Positions 17,337 to 25,940 of a stretch of 64,000 bases of DNA are shown here, piece by piece (position 1 is the stretch's first letter; each line of letters starts with the position of its first letter). The notes beneath the pieces are model-generated. The model made no database searches and was not told where the DNA came from. It worked only from the letters and a program-made list of their open reading frames with translations. The stretch is from an uncultured Pirellulales bacterium (GTDB taxonomy: Bacteria; Planctomycetota; Planctomycetia; Pirellulales; CAYNRE01): contig CAYNRE010000005.1 in the NCBI GenBank assembly GCA_964399535.1, forward strand, positions 460,371 to 524,370. Direction: 5' to 3'. Position numbers and translations under genes: made by a program.

Positions 17337-18773
17337 ATGAGCCAAGCGCCGCCAGCGCTGGTGCAAGAACCGCCGCGCGAGGTGTCTGGCATTTTGCGCC
17401 GGCTTGGGCCCGGCATGATCATCGCCGCCTCGATCGTGGGCTCGGGCGAGTTGATCGGCACCACCAAGACCGGCGCCCAGGCGGGGTTCTGGCTGTTGTG
17501 GCTGATTGTCGTGGGCTGCCTGATCAAGGTATTTGCCCAGATCGAGTTTGGCCGCTACGCCATCGCCGGCGGCAAGGCCACGATTCCGGCGCTGGACGAG
17601 GTTCCTGGCCCGCGATGGCGGGTGAGCTGGCTGCTTTGGTACTGGCTGTTCATGTTCCTTTTGGGGTTGGGGCAGTTGGGTGGAATTGTCGGCAGCGTGG
17701 GACAAACCATGGCCCTCAGCTTTCCGCTGACCGGCGATTTTCTGGCGGCCATCGACCGGCCGCCCGGTTCCACGACGGCGCCAGGCTACACTTGGGACGA
17801 CGTGTATTGGAGCGCCGGCATTACCGCCCTGACGGCGGTGTTGCTAATCAACGGCCGGTACAACCTGATACAAAACGTGGCGGCGGTACTCGTCGCCGGG
17901 TTTACCTCGGTGACCATTTTGAATCTGGTCGCCTTGCAGTCGTACCCCCAGTGGCACGTGAGCTGGGCCGACCTGCTCGACGGGTTTCGTTTTCGATTGC
18001 CCCCCTCGGTCGAGAATAAATCGCCGGTCATAACGGCGCTGGCCACCTTCGGCATCATCGGCGTGGGGGCCAGCGAGTTGATTGCGTACCCCTACTGGTG
18101 TTTGGAAAAAGGCTACGCCCGGTTCACCGGCCCTCCCACGCCCGACGCGGCGTGGAGCCAGCGAGCGCGCGGCTGGCTGCGGGTAATGCAGTACGACGCC
18201 TGGTGCTCGATGGTGATCTATACCTTTGCGACCGTGGCCTTTTATCTGCTGGGGGCCGCGGTGCTGTGGCGCGCGGGGCTCGACCCCGGCGGCATGCAAC
18301 TGGTGAACACCCTGCGGCGCATGTACGAGCCGGTGTTCGGCGGGATGTCGAGCCACGTGTTCTTGGTCGGCGCCTTTGCCGTACTGTATTCCACCTTCTT
18401 CGTGGCCACGGCGGGCAACGCCCGCATGGCCGCCGACGCGGTGCGTGTTTTTCGTTTAGGGGGCGCCACCGAGCCCGCGCGGCGGTGGTGGATTCGCGCT
18501 TTCTGCGGCGTATTTCCTTTTCTTTCGCTGGCGATTTACCTGGTCAGCAAAGACCCGGCGCTGCTGGTCTTGGCCAGCGGTATGGCGCAATCGGTGATGC
18601 TGCCGATGCTGGGGGGGGCCGCCCTTTACTTTCGCTACCGGCGCTGCGATGCGCGTATCGCCCCCGGCAAACTTTGGGACACCCTGCTTTGGGTTTCGGT
18701 GGTCGGCCTGTTGCTGGCGGGGGTGGCCGGAACCGGGCTGCTGATCGCCAAACTGCTGGGCGTTTCGCTCTAG
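17337..18773 (+). CDS. Nramp-superfamily transporter with non-canonical metal-site residues
   Basis: GGGGAGAC lies upstream of ATG 17337. LGPGMIIAASIVGSGELIGTTKTGAQAGFWLLWL aligns by eye to MntH [24 protein letters not shown]. The protein has 11-12 helices. Confidence 0.85.
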   Translation: MSQAPPALVQEPPREVSGILRRLGPGMIIAASIVGSGELIGTTKTGAQAGFWLLWLIVVGCLIKVFAQIEFGRYAIAGGKATIPALDEVPGPRWRVSWLLWYWLFMFLLGLGQLGGIVGSVGQTMALSFPLTGDFLAAIDRPPGSTTAPGYTWDDVYWSAGITALTAVLLINGRYNLIQNVAAVLVAGFTSVTILNLVALQSYPQWHVSWADLLDGFRFRLPPSVENKSPVITALATFGIIGVGASELIAYPYWCLEKGYARFTGPPTPDAAWSQRARGWLRVMQYDAWCSMVIYTFATVAFYLLGAAVLWRAGLDPGGMQLVNTLRRMYEPVFGGMSSHVFLVGAFAVLYSTFFVATAGNARMAADAVRVFRLGGATEPARRWWIRAFCGVFPFLSLAIYLVSKDPALLVLASGMAQSVMLPMLGGAALYFRYRRCDARIAPGKLWDTLLWVSVVGLLLAGVAGTGLLIAKLLGVSL

Positions 18774-19008
18774 CGCGCCCGAGCTTCTCGGTGTCTTCCA
18801 GGCACGTTCCGGCCCTGGGCGTCGCCGGTCGCCTTGGGGGCTCCGCTCGACCGGCATATTCGCGCCAGTTTTCCGCGCACCACCCTCACCGAGCGCCAGG
18901 GCCTTGGTTTTAACCGCGCCGGTGTCTCGCGAGGTTCGGTAGCGCGCCGTAGAATCGCAAGGAGGCCAAAGCCCAGGCAGGCGATGGGCCAAGAGCCGGA
19001 CCAAGGTC

Positions 19009-20031
19009 GTGGAGCCCGTGGTGAATACCTGGCGGATCATCCTGCTGGTGCTGGGACCGGTGCCAATCGTGGTCACGGCGCTTTCGGTAACGCGCTGGGT
19101 GCGGCCCGTACCCGTCGAGGCGCACGAAACCAATCGCGTCACGGTCCAGCAGCGTGCTCCCGGGCCCGCCGGCCCGCACTCGGCGGAAGTCGAGCTTCGC
19201 TGCCAGGAGCGCAGCGAACTCCTGGGGAAACAGTTGCCCCCCGACTGGCAACGGCTGGTGTGTCCTCCGTTCGTGCTGGCTGGCGACGTAACTCAAGCCG
19301 AGTTGAAACGCTGGTATGTCGAGACCGTGCGCCCCACGGTCGAGGCGTTTACAGGCAGTTTTCATGCCCAGGGGCCGACCCAGCCGCTGACGGTGCTACT
19401 TTGCCGCCAGGAGGCTACCTACCGCGAACTGGCCCGGCGGCTGTTTGGCGACCATCATGTTTCGGTCTACGGCTACTACCGTCCGCACGGCCGGGTCCTG
19501 ATCCTCAACCTGAGCACCGGTGCGGGCACGCTCGTTCACGAGTTGACTCACGCACTCGTCGATTTCGATTTTCCCCAGGTACCTGATTGGTTCAACGAAG
19601 GGTTGGCATCGCTGCACGAGGAATCGCGAATTCGCTCGGCGGGGCCCGTGATTTCCGCCCTCGGGCCCTTGCCCGCCGTCGAACAAGACCGGCCCAGCAT
19701 CGAAGGTCTGGAGAACTGGCGGCTGCCGATCTTGCAACAGGCGCTGGCCGAAGGCCGCGTGCCGCCGCTGGAACATTTCGTGGCCGGCGACTTTCGCCGG
19801 GGCGACGAATCACTCAACTACGCCCTGGCCCGATACCTTTGCTTGTACCTGCAGCGACAAGGGCGCTTGGTTGCCTTCTATCAGCAGTTTCGCGCCCGGG
19901 CGGGCCAAGACCCGGTCGGCTTGGAAACGCTCGCCGCCACGCTGGGCCCCGAGGACTGGAATACGATCAATCAGCGGTTTCGCGACTGGGTCCGCGGGCT
20001 GCACTGGCAAAGCTCGCGGCGGCGCGGATAA
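19009..20031 (+). CDS. DUF1570-like protein (MA-clan peptidase-like HExxH-type motif)
   Basis: An N-terminal TM helix is followed by GTLVHELTHALVDFDFPQVPDWFNEGLASLHEE. It has a GTG start. Confidence 0.65.
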   Translation: MEPVVNTWRIILLVLGPVPIVVTALSVTRWVRPVPVEAHETNRVTVQQRAPGPAGPHSAEVELRCQERSELLGKQLPPDWQRLVCPPFVLAGDVTQAELKRWYVETVRPTVEAFTGSFHAQGPTQPLTVLLCRQEATYRELARRLFGDHHVSVYGYYRPHGRVLILNLSTGAGTLVHELTHALVDFDFPQVPDWFNEGLASLHEESRIRSAGPVISALGPLPAVEQDRPSIEGLENWRLPILQQALAEGRVPPLEHFVAGDFRRGDESLNYALARYLCLYLQRQGRLVAFYQQFRARAGQDPVGLETLAATLGPEDWNTINQRFRDWVRGLHWQSSRRRG

Positions 20032-20047
20032 CCGGCCTCGCCGGTTT
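20030..20047. terminator. Hairpin between convergent genes (possible bidirectional terminator)
   Basis: AACCGGC-CTC-GCCGGTT(T) is a 7-bp stem starting at the TAA of the DUF1570-like gene. It lies 6 nt before the stop of the convergent MBL gene. Confidence 0.4.
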
Positions 20048-20052
20048 GCCGA

Positions 20053-20901
20053 TCAGACGACCCGGTACCGCTCGGCGACGCGCAATTCCCGCCTGGTGTC
20101 GCGCTCCAAGCGGGCCGCGGCGTGATCCGGGTCGTGTCCCCAGAGCACCAGCCACCCCTCGTCGGCCGCGCGGCCCAGCAGGGCCGGTTTACGGCGGCGC
20201 GTCTCCAGCAAGTCGACGTCGTACGCCATGCACCAATGCGAACGCAGGTGGGCTTCCATCGGGCAAAGATCGCAGGGATAAAGCGCTCGCTCGCCGGCCG
20301 ACTCCAGCAGCAAGGCCTGGTGGAAGCGCGTGTGCCCCCCGGTCACCACCAGTTGCAGCCCGGGCCAAAGCGTGGTGTCTCCCTCGACCAGTTCGAGTTG
20401 GCGGGCCTCCCATAGGGCTCGGAAGTTCTCCGCCGGGTAGGCTCCTCGCAGCTCGGGAGCATCGGAGTTGGCCGCCTCCCATTCTCCCCGCTGCACCCAA
20501 TAGCGGGCCCGCGGGAAGCTGGGCACCACGCGTCCCTGGTCGTCGAATCGGGTGCCGCCGCCGGCGTGATCGAAGTGCAGGTGCGTCAGAATCACCGTAT
20601 CGACCTGGTCGGGCGCCACCGACCGCGCGGCCAGGCTCTCCAGGAGCGTGTCGCCCGGAGCCAGGTCGAACTGCTCCTGCTCGCGCGGGCTGAGCTTGGT
20701 GCCGGGCCCGGTGTCGACAAGCACGGTGTGCTTGCCGTCGCGGATCAGCAGGCAGTTGGCCGCCATGCGAATCCGATTCTGTTCATCGGCCGGCTGCACG
20801 CGCTGCCAGAGCGGCTTGGGCACCACGCCGAACATGGCCCCGCCATCGAGTTTGAACCGCCCGCCGCTGACGGTGTCGAGTTGCCAGTCGCCAAACTGCA
20901 T
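20053..20901 (-). CDS. MBL-fold metallo-hydrolase
   Basis: Contains ILTHLHFDHAGG (HxHxDH). ATG 20901 gives the typical N-terminus MQFGDWQLDTVSGGRFKLDGGAMFGVVPK. The upstream 73 codons of the listed ORF are Pro/Arg-rich and implausible. Confidence 0.85.
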   Translation of the reverse strand: MQFGDWQLDTVSGGRFKLDGGAMFGVVPKPLWQRVQPADEQNRIRMAANCLLIRDGKHTVLVDTGPGTKLSPREQEQFDLAPGDTLLESLAARSVAPDQVDTVILTHLHFDHAGGGTRFDDQGRVVPSFPRARYWVQRGEWEAANSDAPELRGAYPAENFRALWEARQLELVEGDTTLWPGLQLVVTGGHTRFHQALLLESAGERALYPCDLCPMEAHLRSHWCMAYDVDLLETRRRKPALLGRAADEGWLVLWGHDPDHAAARLERDTRRELRVAERYRVV

Positions 20902-21053
20902 CGGGTTTCGGTTGCTCTGAGGGGGTGATCCGAAAACTCCCCCTGGGCGGCCGGGGGCGCGCGGGCCAGGGGGTGGGCTCGAGGGAGAGCGAGCGGCCCA
21001 GCATACGAAGGTTGGTCGCGGCGCAAAAGCCCTCGGACGTGCGAGAGGGGCCG

Positions 21054-21116
21054 AAACAACAAAACCACCGCGACCGCGCCGCTGACCCGTTCGGTCAGGG
21101 GCGAAGTCGCGGCGGT
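21054..21116 (-). terminator. Candidate Rho-independent terminator downstream of the alpha-oxoamine synthase gene
   Basis: The minus strand reads CCGCCGCGAC...CCTGACCgaacGGGTCAG...GTCGCGGTGG followed by TTTTGTTGTTT. This is a nested hairpin plus U-tract about 90 nt after the stop. Confidence 0.45.
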
Positions 21117-21207
21117 TCACACTCGAAACAACCGTTTTCCGACGGGGGGCCGGCTCCGTAGCGAACGCGGTCTGACGGAGTCACGCATCCCCCAGGTTCG
21201 TGCCCTG

Positions 21208-22536
21208 CTAGCTGGCGATCACTCCAGCGTTGCGGCCGGCGCGGGCCAGGCACTGGATGGCCTGCTCCAACTGGGCCGTGGTGTGGTTGGCCGTCAGGCT
21301 GATTCGCAGCCGCTCGCTGCCGTGCGGCACCGCGGGGAACGGCACCGAGTTGACGCAGATGTTGTTCTCGTGCAGTTCCAGGGTCATCTGTCGCAAGCCC
21401 TTCATGGTGCCCACGATGACCGGGATGATCGGGCTGGGGGCCGCGCTGATCTGGAAGCCCAACCGCCGCAGCTCGCCGTGCAGGAACCGGCAGTTATCCC
21501 ACAGCTTCTCGCAGCGCCACGATTCTTCGGCCAGCACGTCGAGTGCCTCGTTGGCCGCTGCCGTGACCATCGGCGAGGGGGCCGTCGAAAACATGCCCGA
21601 GCGGGCGAAGTAGCGAATGTACGTGACCAGGGCACTGTTGCCGGCGACGAACCCGCCACAGGCTCCGAGGGCCTTGGAGAGCGTGCCGACGTGCAGGTCG
21701 ATTTCGCCTTCCAAGCCGAAGTGAGCCGCGGCCCCGCGGCCTCCGGGGCCCAGCACTCCGGTCGAGTGCGCTTCGTCGACCAAGAGCAGCGCTCCGTGCC
21801 GGCGGGTGACCTCGAGAATCTGGTCGACCGGGGCGATGTCGCCGTCCATGCTGTAAATGCCTTCGACGCAAACCAGCTTCGTGCCGCGCTGCGGCAGCCT
21901 GGCAAGGACGCGATCCAAGTGTGCCGCGTCGTTGTGATGAAACACCTTCATCTGGGCGCCCGAAAGTTTGGCGCCGTCGACCATGCTGGCGTGAGCCAAC
22001 CGGTCGAGAATGACGGTGTCGTTCTTACCGACCACCGACGAGATCACGCCCACGTTGGCCTGGTAACCGGTGGCGAACACGCAGGCTTCCTCGGCACCCT
22101 TGAAGCGGGCCAGCTTGGCCTCGAGCTCGCGAGTGACGGGGAACCGGCCCACCAACAGCGGCGAGCTGCCCGAGCCGGTACCGTACTCGCCGGCAGCATG
22201 CTGGGCGGCGGCGATCACCCGGGGGTGGCTGGCCAGGCCGAGGTAATTGTTCGAGGCCAGCACGATCATCCGCCGGACGAAATCTTCGCGCGGATAGTGC
22301 ACGTCGGCTTCGGCGTCGGTCGGGTCCAGCAGCGTCCGCCCGTACAAGTTGTTGCCGCTGGCTTCGAACTTGCCCAGGCTGCTGAAAAAGAACTCGGCCG
22401 CCACGCGAATGTCGACCCCCTGCTCGCGGGCCCTGAGCAAATCGACCAGCGAGGTTTCGTCGTTAAGCGACAGGGGGTTGGTGGGAGTAACAACCGGGGT
22501 GCTGCTGACGGGGCTAATGAGCGTGGCCATGTTCAA
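21208..22536 (-). CDS. Alpha-oxoamine synthase family PLP enzyme (KBL/SPT/BioF-like)
   Basis: Motifs: NNYLGL, GSGSSPLLVG, ATGYQANVG, EGIYSMDGDIAP, LLVDEAHSTGVLGPGGRG and GTLSKALG (PLP Lys). The C-terminus is AGRNAGVIAS. The N-terminal extension is about 50 aa longer than in BioF. Confidence 0.85.
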   Translation of the reverse strand: MNMATLISPVSSTPVVTPTNPLSLNDETSLVDLLRAREQGVDIRVAAEFFFSSLGKFEASGNNLYGRTLLDPTDAEADVHYPREDFVRRMIVLASNNYLGLASHPRVIAAAQHAAGEYGTGSGSSPLLVGRFPVTRELEAKLARFKGAEEACVFATGYQANVGVISSVVGKNDTVILDRLAHASMVDGAKLSGAQMKVFHHNDAAHLDRVLARLPQRGTKLVCVEGIYSMDGDIAPVDQILEVTRRHGALLLVDEAHSTGVLGPGGRGAAAHFGLEGEIDLHVGTLSKALGACGGFVAGNSALVTYIRYFARSGMFSTAPSPMVTAAANEALDVLAEESWRCEKLWDNCRFLHGELRRLGFQISAAPSPIIPVIVGTMKGLRQMTLELHENNICVNSVPFPAVPHGSERLRISLTANHTTAQLEQAIQCLARAGRNAGVIAS

Positions 22537-22644
22537 GTTCCTCGCGTGGTCGAGTGTGCGCCGCTGGGGGATGGGGGGGTCGGGGGCAGGCTGGTGAATC
22601 GTTTGACTCCTGCCACCCTGCTGGGCGGAAAAGAGATGGGGATG

Positions 22645-23262
22645 TTACATACCCCGAGCCGAAAGCCCGGAACCCGGCGAAAAACACGCTGCGCGAGGCC
22701 GCCCGGGGGGTAGCTCTCCCCGAGCCGCCAACAGCATCTGCGTCTTCAAAACCAGCACACACGTCGGACCATGAGTAATTCGGCCATCCAAGACCTGGCT
22801 CACCACCTCGGACCAGTCTAATTCGATTCGAGCGATTTGCTCGGTACCTTCCGGAGAAATCGGCACACTGCGGAGCCCCTCAGCCAGAAAAAGCTGGGTT
22901 GGCGAGGCAACGATGGTGGTAAAGGGGTCGATCCAGCCCAGATGGGTCCAATGGGCGGCCTCGAGCCCGAGCTCCTCGGCCAGCTCGCGCCGAGCCGTTT
23001 CCCAGGCCTCTTCGCCCGGCTCAATGCCACCGCTGACCGCCTCGAGGGTTTCCCGGCCGACGGCGTAGTGGAACTCCTGGGTGAGGTAGGCCCGCCGCGT
23101 GTCGTCAAGCGCCAGGACCGAAACCCCCGGTTTCAGGTCGACTCGGCAGTGGCGACCCGACCGGCCATCGGGGCGGACCACGTCGTCCCGGCGGACCTCG
23201 ATCCAGGGATCGCGATACACCAGTTGCGAGGCCAGAATCTGCCAGGGACCGTGCGATTTCAT
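22645..23262 (-). CDS. NUDIX hydrolase (ADP-ribose pyrophosphatase-like)
   Basis: The Nudix box is GGIEPGEEAWETARRELAEELGLEA. The start was taken at ATG 23262 (MKSHGPWQILASQLVYRDPWIEV). Confidence 0.85.
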   Translation of the reverse strand: MKSHGPWQILASQLVYRDPWIEVRRDDVVRPDGRSGRHCRVDLKPGVSVLALDDTRRAYLTQEFHYAVGRETLEAVSGGIEPGEEAWETARRELAEELGLEAAHWTHLGWIDPFTTIVASPTQLFLAEGLRSVPISPEGTEQIARIELDWSEVVSQVLDGRITHGPTCVLVLKTQMLLAARGELPPGRPRAACFSPGSGLSARGM

Positions 23263-23391
23263 CCGGGCGATACCTTGGGGGCGCCAGGCGGGCGCCGCGC
23301 GACGTTCGTTCGATCGTTGACCGATTCGACCCAACCCACTCGTCGCCCGGCCCCTCGGTGCCGGGCAGGGTAGCGCCCAGGGTGCCCATGT

Positions 23392-23646
23392 TCACCGCGG
23401 CGAGGTGCCCTCGCGGCGTTTAGCGGCCAAGACGGCTTGAATCAGTCCTTCGGGGACCTGGCAAGGCGCAATCACCTCGCCGGCGTAGGCCCCCCGGGCC
23501 AATTCGATCGTCGTTCGGTAGGAATCGAGATACCGCACGCAATCGGGACAGCGCTCTAAATGACGCTCGAACGTGGCTCGCTCTCCCTCGGGAAGCGCCC
23601 CGGCCAGGTAGTCGTGTATGAACTCGCTTAGTTCCCGGCAGTTCAC
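23392..23646 (-). CDS. Small soluble zinc-binding anti-sigma factor (zf-HC2/ZAS)
   Basis: The 84-aa protein has H29-x3-C33-x2-C36 (HLERCPDC) plus Cys3 and no TM helix. Its start overlaps the sigma gene stop by 4 nt. Confidence 0.8.
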   Translation of the reverse strand: MNCRELSEFIHDYLAGALPEGERATFERHLERCPDCVRYLDSYRTTIELARGAYAGEVIAPCQVPEGLIQAVLAAKRREGTSPR

Positions 23647-24314
23647 GCCAGCACCTCGGCGAAATGTTGGTCGAGCAGCGTTCGCAGCGCTTGTCGCGCC
23701 CGATGCAGCCGGGTTTTGACCACCCCCTCGCTCACTCCCAGCGCGGTGGCCGTTTCGGCGGTGTCCAGCTCTTCGATGTCGCGGAGCAGCAAAACGGTAC
23801 GGTACGATTCGGGAAGCTCGTTAATCAGCCGCCGCACGAGCTGCCGGGTTTCGCTTCGCTCCAGCTCCTCGCTGGGGAGCGACTTCCACCCGCTCGGATG
23901 CTGCAGGTGGTGACCATCCTCGCGAAAGCCGGGTAGCAAGGGCTCCAGCGAACGCTCGGGCCGCCGACCCCGGCTGCGCACCCGCATCAGGGCCGCATTG
24001 ACCGTAATGCGGTGTAGCCAGGTGCTGAGTTTCGAGCGGCCGTCGAACTGAGCCAGGTTTCGATACGCCGATAGCAGCGCCTCTTGGACCGCGTCGTGGG
24101 CGTCGGCCGATTGCCCTGTAATGCGCTGGGCCACGACCAGCAAACGCCCCACCTGGCTGCGAACCAACTGCTCGTAAGCCGCATCGTCTCCCGCCTTCAA
24201 GCGGGCAATGAATTGTTCCTCGTCCACCGCGGGCGGGGTTTGCGACGACGGTACACGGCTGGAACTGGTTTGCTCGGCGCGGAGGGGAAGCGCGTCGTCC
24301 ATGCTCCAGAGCAT
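23643..24314 (-). CDS. ECF-type RNA polymerase sigma-70 family factor
   Basis: Region 2 (AYEQLVRSQVGRLLVVAQRITGQSADAHDAVQEALLSAYRNL, STWLHRITVNAAL) and region 4 (ESYRTVLLLRDIEELDTAETATALGVSEGVVKTRLHRARQALR) are present. The start could be 24338, 24314 or 24302. Confidence 0.85.
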   Translation of the reverse strand: MLWSMDDALPLRAEQTSSSRVPSSQTPPAVDEEQFIARLKAGDDAAYEQLVRSQVGRLLVVAQRITGQSADAHDAVQEALLSAYRNLAQFDGRSKLSTWLHRITVNAALMRVRSRGRRPERSLEPLLPGFREDGHHLQHPSGWKSLPSEELERSETRQLVRRLINELPESYRTVLLLRDIEELDTAETATALGVSEGVVKTRLHRARQALRTLLDQHFAEVLA

Positions 24315-24422
24315 ATCGGCGCCGCGGGGCCGGCACAATCTTTGCCGGTCTATCGCCGCTGGCAGGAGCGAAGCGGTTTTGTCATCCCCACGGGTAACCC
24401 CCGATCGTTCCCCTTGCCCGGG

Positions 24423-24866
24423 TCAAACTTCCTGAGCCGAGGCGCTGGTGGAGTTCGCCAGGGCGGCGTTGACCAGTGCCGAGACGATGTCGAGCGAAGT
24501 CACGATGCCCAGCGTGCAGAATTGCTGGTTCACCACCGGCACCCGGTGAATGTGGTGCTCGATCATTAGCCGGGCCACGTCCAGCAGCGAATGGTCCGGG
24601 GTGACCGCCTTCACTTTGGGAGACATGTAGAGCCGGACGGGGTCGTCGGGGGTGCCAGACCGTTCGTGCCAGATAAAGTCGGTGGCGCTGAGCACCCCCA
24701 CGCAGTGGCCGCTGTCGTCGACGACCGGCACCCCGGTAATCCGGTGGTTCAGGAACTCTTCCGCCGCCGAGTCCATCGTCTGGTCGGCCAAGACCTCGAC
24801 ACAGCCGCGGGTCATGACCTCGCTGACCCGCAGATTGGCCAGGTGACAGATCGACGATTCAGTCAT
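24423..24866 (-). CDS. CBS-domain pair protein
   Basis: Two CBS repeats are present (VSEVMTRGCVEV...ITGVPVVDDSGHCVGVLSATDF and LYMSPKVKAVTPD...IHRVPVVNQQFCTLGIVTSLDI). The start was taken at ATG 24866. Confidence 0.8.
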   Translation of the reverse strand: MTESSICHLANLRVSEVMTRGCVEVLADQTMDSAAEEFLNHRITGVPVVDDSGHCVGVLSATDFIWHERSGTPDDPVRLYMSPKVKAVTPDHSLLDVARLMIEHHIHRVPVVNQQFCTLGIVTSLDIVSALVNAALANSTSASAQEV

Positions 24867-25313
24867 GGCGGATTTATCTAGTTGGGGGGGTACCGAAACG
24901 GGCCGAACCGGCCGGGCCCAGGAGCTGGTTCCCGCCGGGGACCGGACCAACAACCCTAGCTCACAGTCGGTCGTACGGCCGGTTGGCTGGTGCCCGGCGG
25001 CCGGCCGCGCCTGGAACTACCCAAACCCACGTCGTGGACCCCCGAATCGGAAGATTCTGCCCAAACCGGACAGGACACTTTGGCTAATGAGACTGGACCG
25101 AGTGCCCAACAAATAGGCAGGCACCCTCTCGCACAATTCGCGAGCAGGGCTGACAAAAAACGGGCAATTGAGACTGGTCGTCGCAAGTGCTATCAGCTCC
25201 ATGACATACAGCAAGGCCTTGACTGCTCTGCATGATGCTGGCGTGGGCCGAGCCAGGTCGATTCGGAAATCGCCGGTCGAGCCCCGTTTCGCGATCAGTC
25301 AAAGGACCAGGGC

Positions 25314-25712
25314 ATGCTGCAGGAAAAACGTCTCCGCAACGCTCAGGAGGTACTTCGCGTCGCCGAGGACCTATTTCGCCAGGACCCCGACTGGGTCACC
25401 TTCTTTCGCGAGGTGCTCAGTATCGACGGCATCGTGCGGCAGGCCTTTCCCGAGGGGCCCGAGCTGACCCAATTCGAGGCCAGCGAAGAGTTCGCCAAGA
25501 TTCAGGAAATGCTGGCCCGGCTCCGAGAGAGGGGTGCCGAAAAGCCCACCTTCCAGGAATCGACCCGGGTCATCACGGTGCGTATGCCCCGCAGCTTGCA
25601 CCAGTCGCTGCAGGACGAAGCCCACCGCCGGCGAACCAGCATGAACAAGCTCTGCATCGCCAAGCTGCTCCAGTTGGTCGACGACGAGTTGCTGCAAAAG
25701 GCGGTGGAATAA
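25314..25712 (+). CDS. Ribbon-helix-helix (Arc/CopG/HicB-C-like) DNA-binding protein
   Basis: The C-terminal ITVRMPRSLHQSLQDEAHRRRTSMNKLCIAKLL is an RHH beta-strand plus helix pattern. The N-terminal ~85 aa are unassigned. Confidence 0.6.
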   Translation: MLQEKRLRNAQEVLRVAEDLFRQDPDWVTFFREVLSIDGIVRQAFPEGPELTQFEASEEFAKIQEMLARLRERGAEKPTFQESTRVITVRMPRSLHQSLQDEAHRRRTSMNKLCIAKLLQLVDDELLQKAVE

Positions 25713-25940
25713 GCCGGGGGCTGGGCCCGGGCTTTGGGGCTGCGAGAACCTCGGCCAGGGAGGGACCCCTCCGAGGGGGCCGGCGCTGCCAGGCAGGGCG
25801 GACTCCAGACCGAATCGCCGCCGGACGGATTTGGCGCTGAGCTAAACCGGCCACAAGGACCCCAGGGGGGTGTCGGCGGTGCGGCGCCAGTCAGGCCGCG
25901 CGAGGGCCGCGCTGCACAGGGCAGCGCCCGTGGACACCTG

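Noticed and set aside
24389-24411. A candidate autoregulatory ECF promoter (minus strand GGAAC-N14-CGTG) upstream of the sigma gene.
   Set aside because: Only a five-base -35-like match was found. The spacing and -10 element do not convincingly fit the ECF consensus patterns I know. It cannot be supported without TSS data or a genome-wide motif.
25314-25712. A HicAB- or CopG-type toxin-antitoxin pair.
   Set aside because: Only the RHH protein is present. The flanks are rnpB and a long non-coding spacer, with no toxin-sized ORF of protein-like composition.
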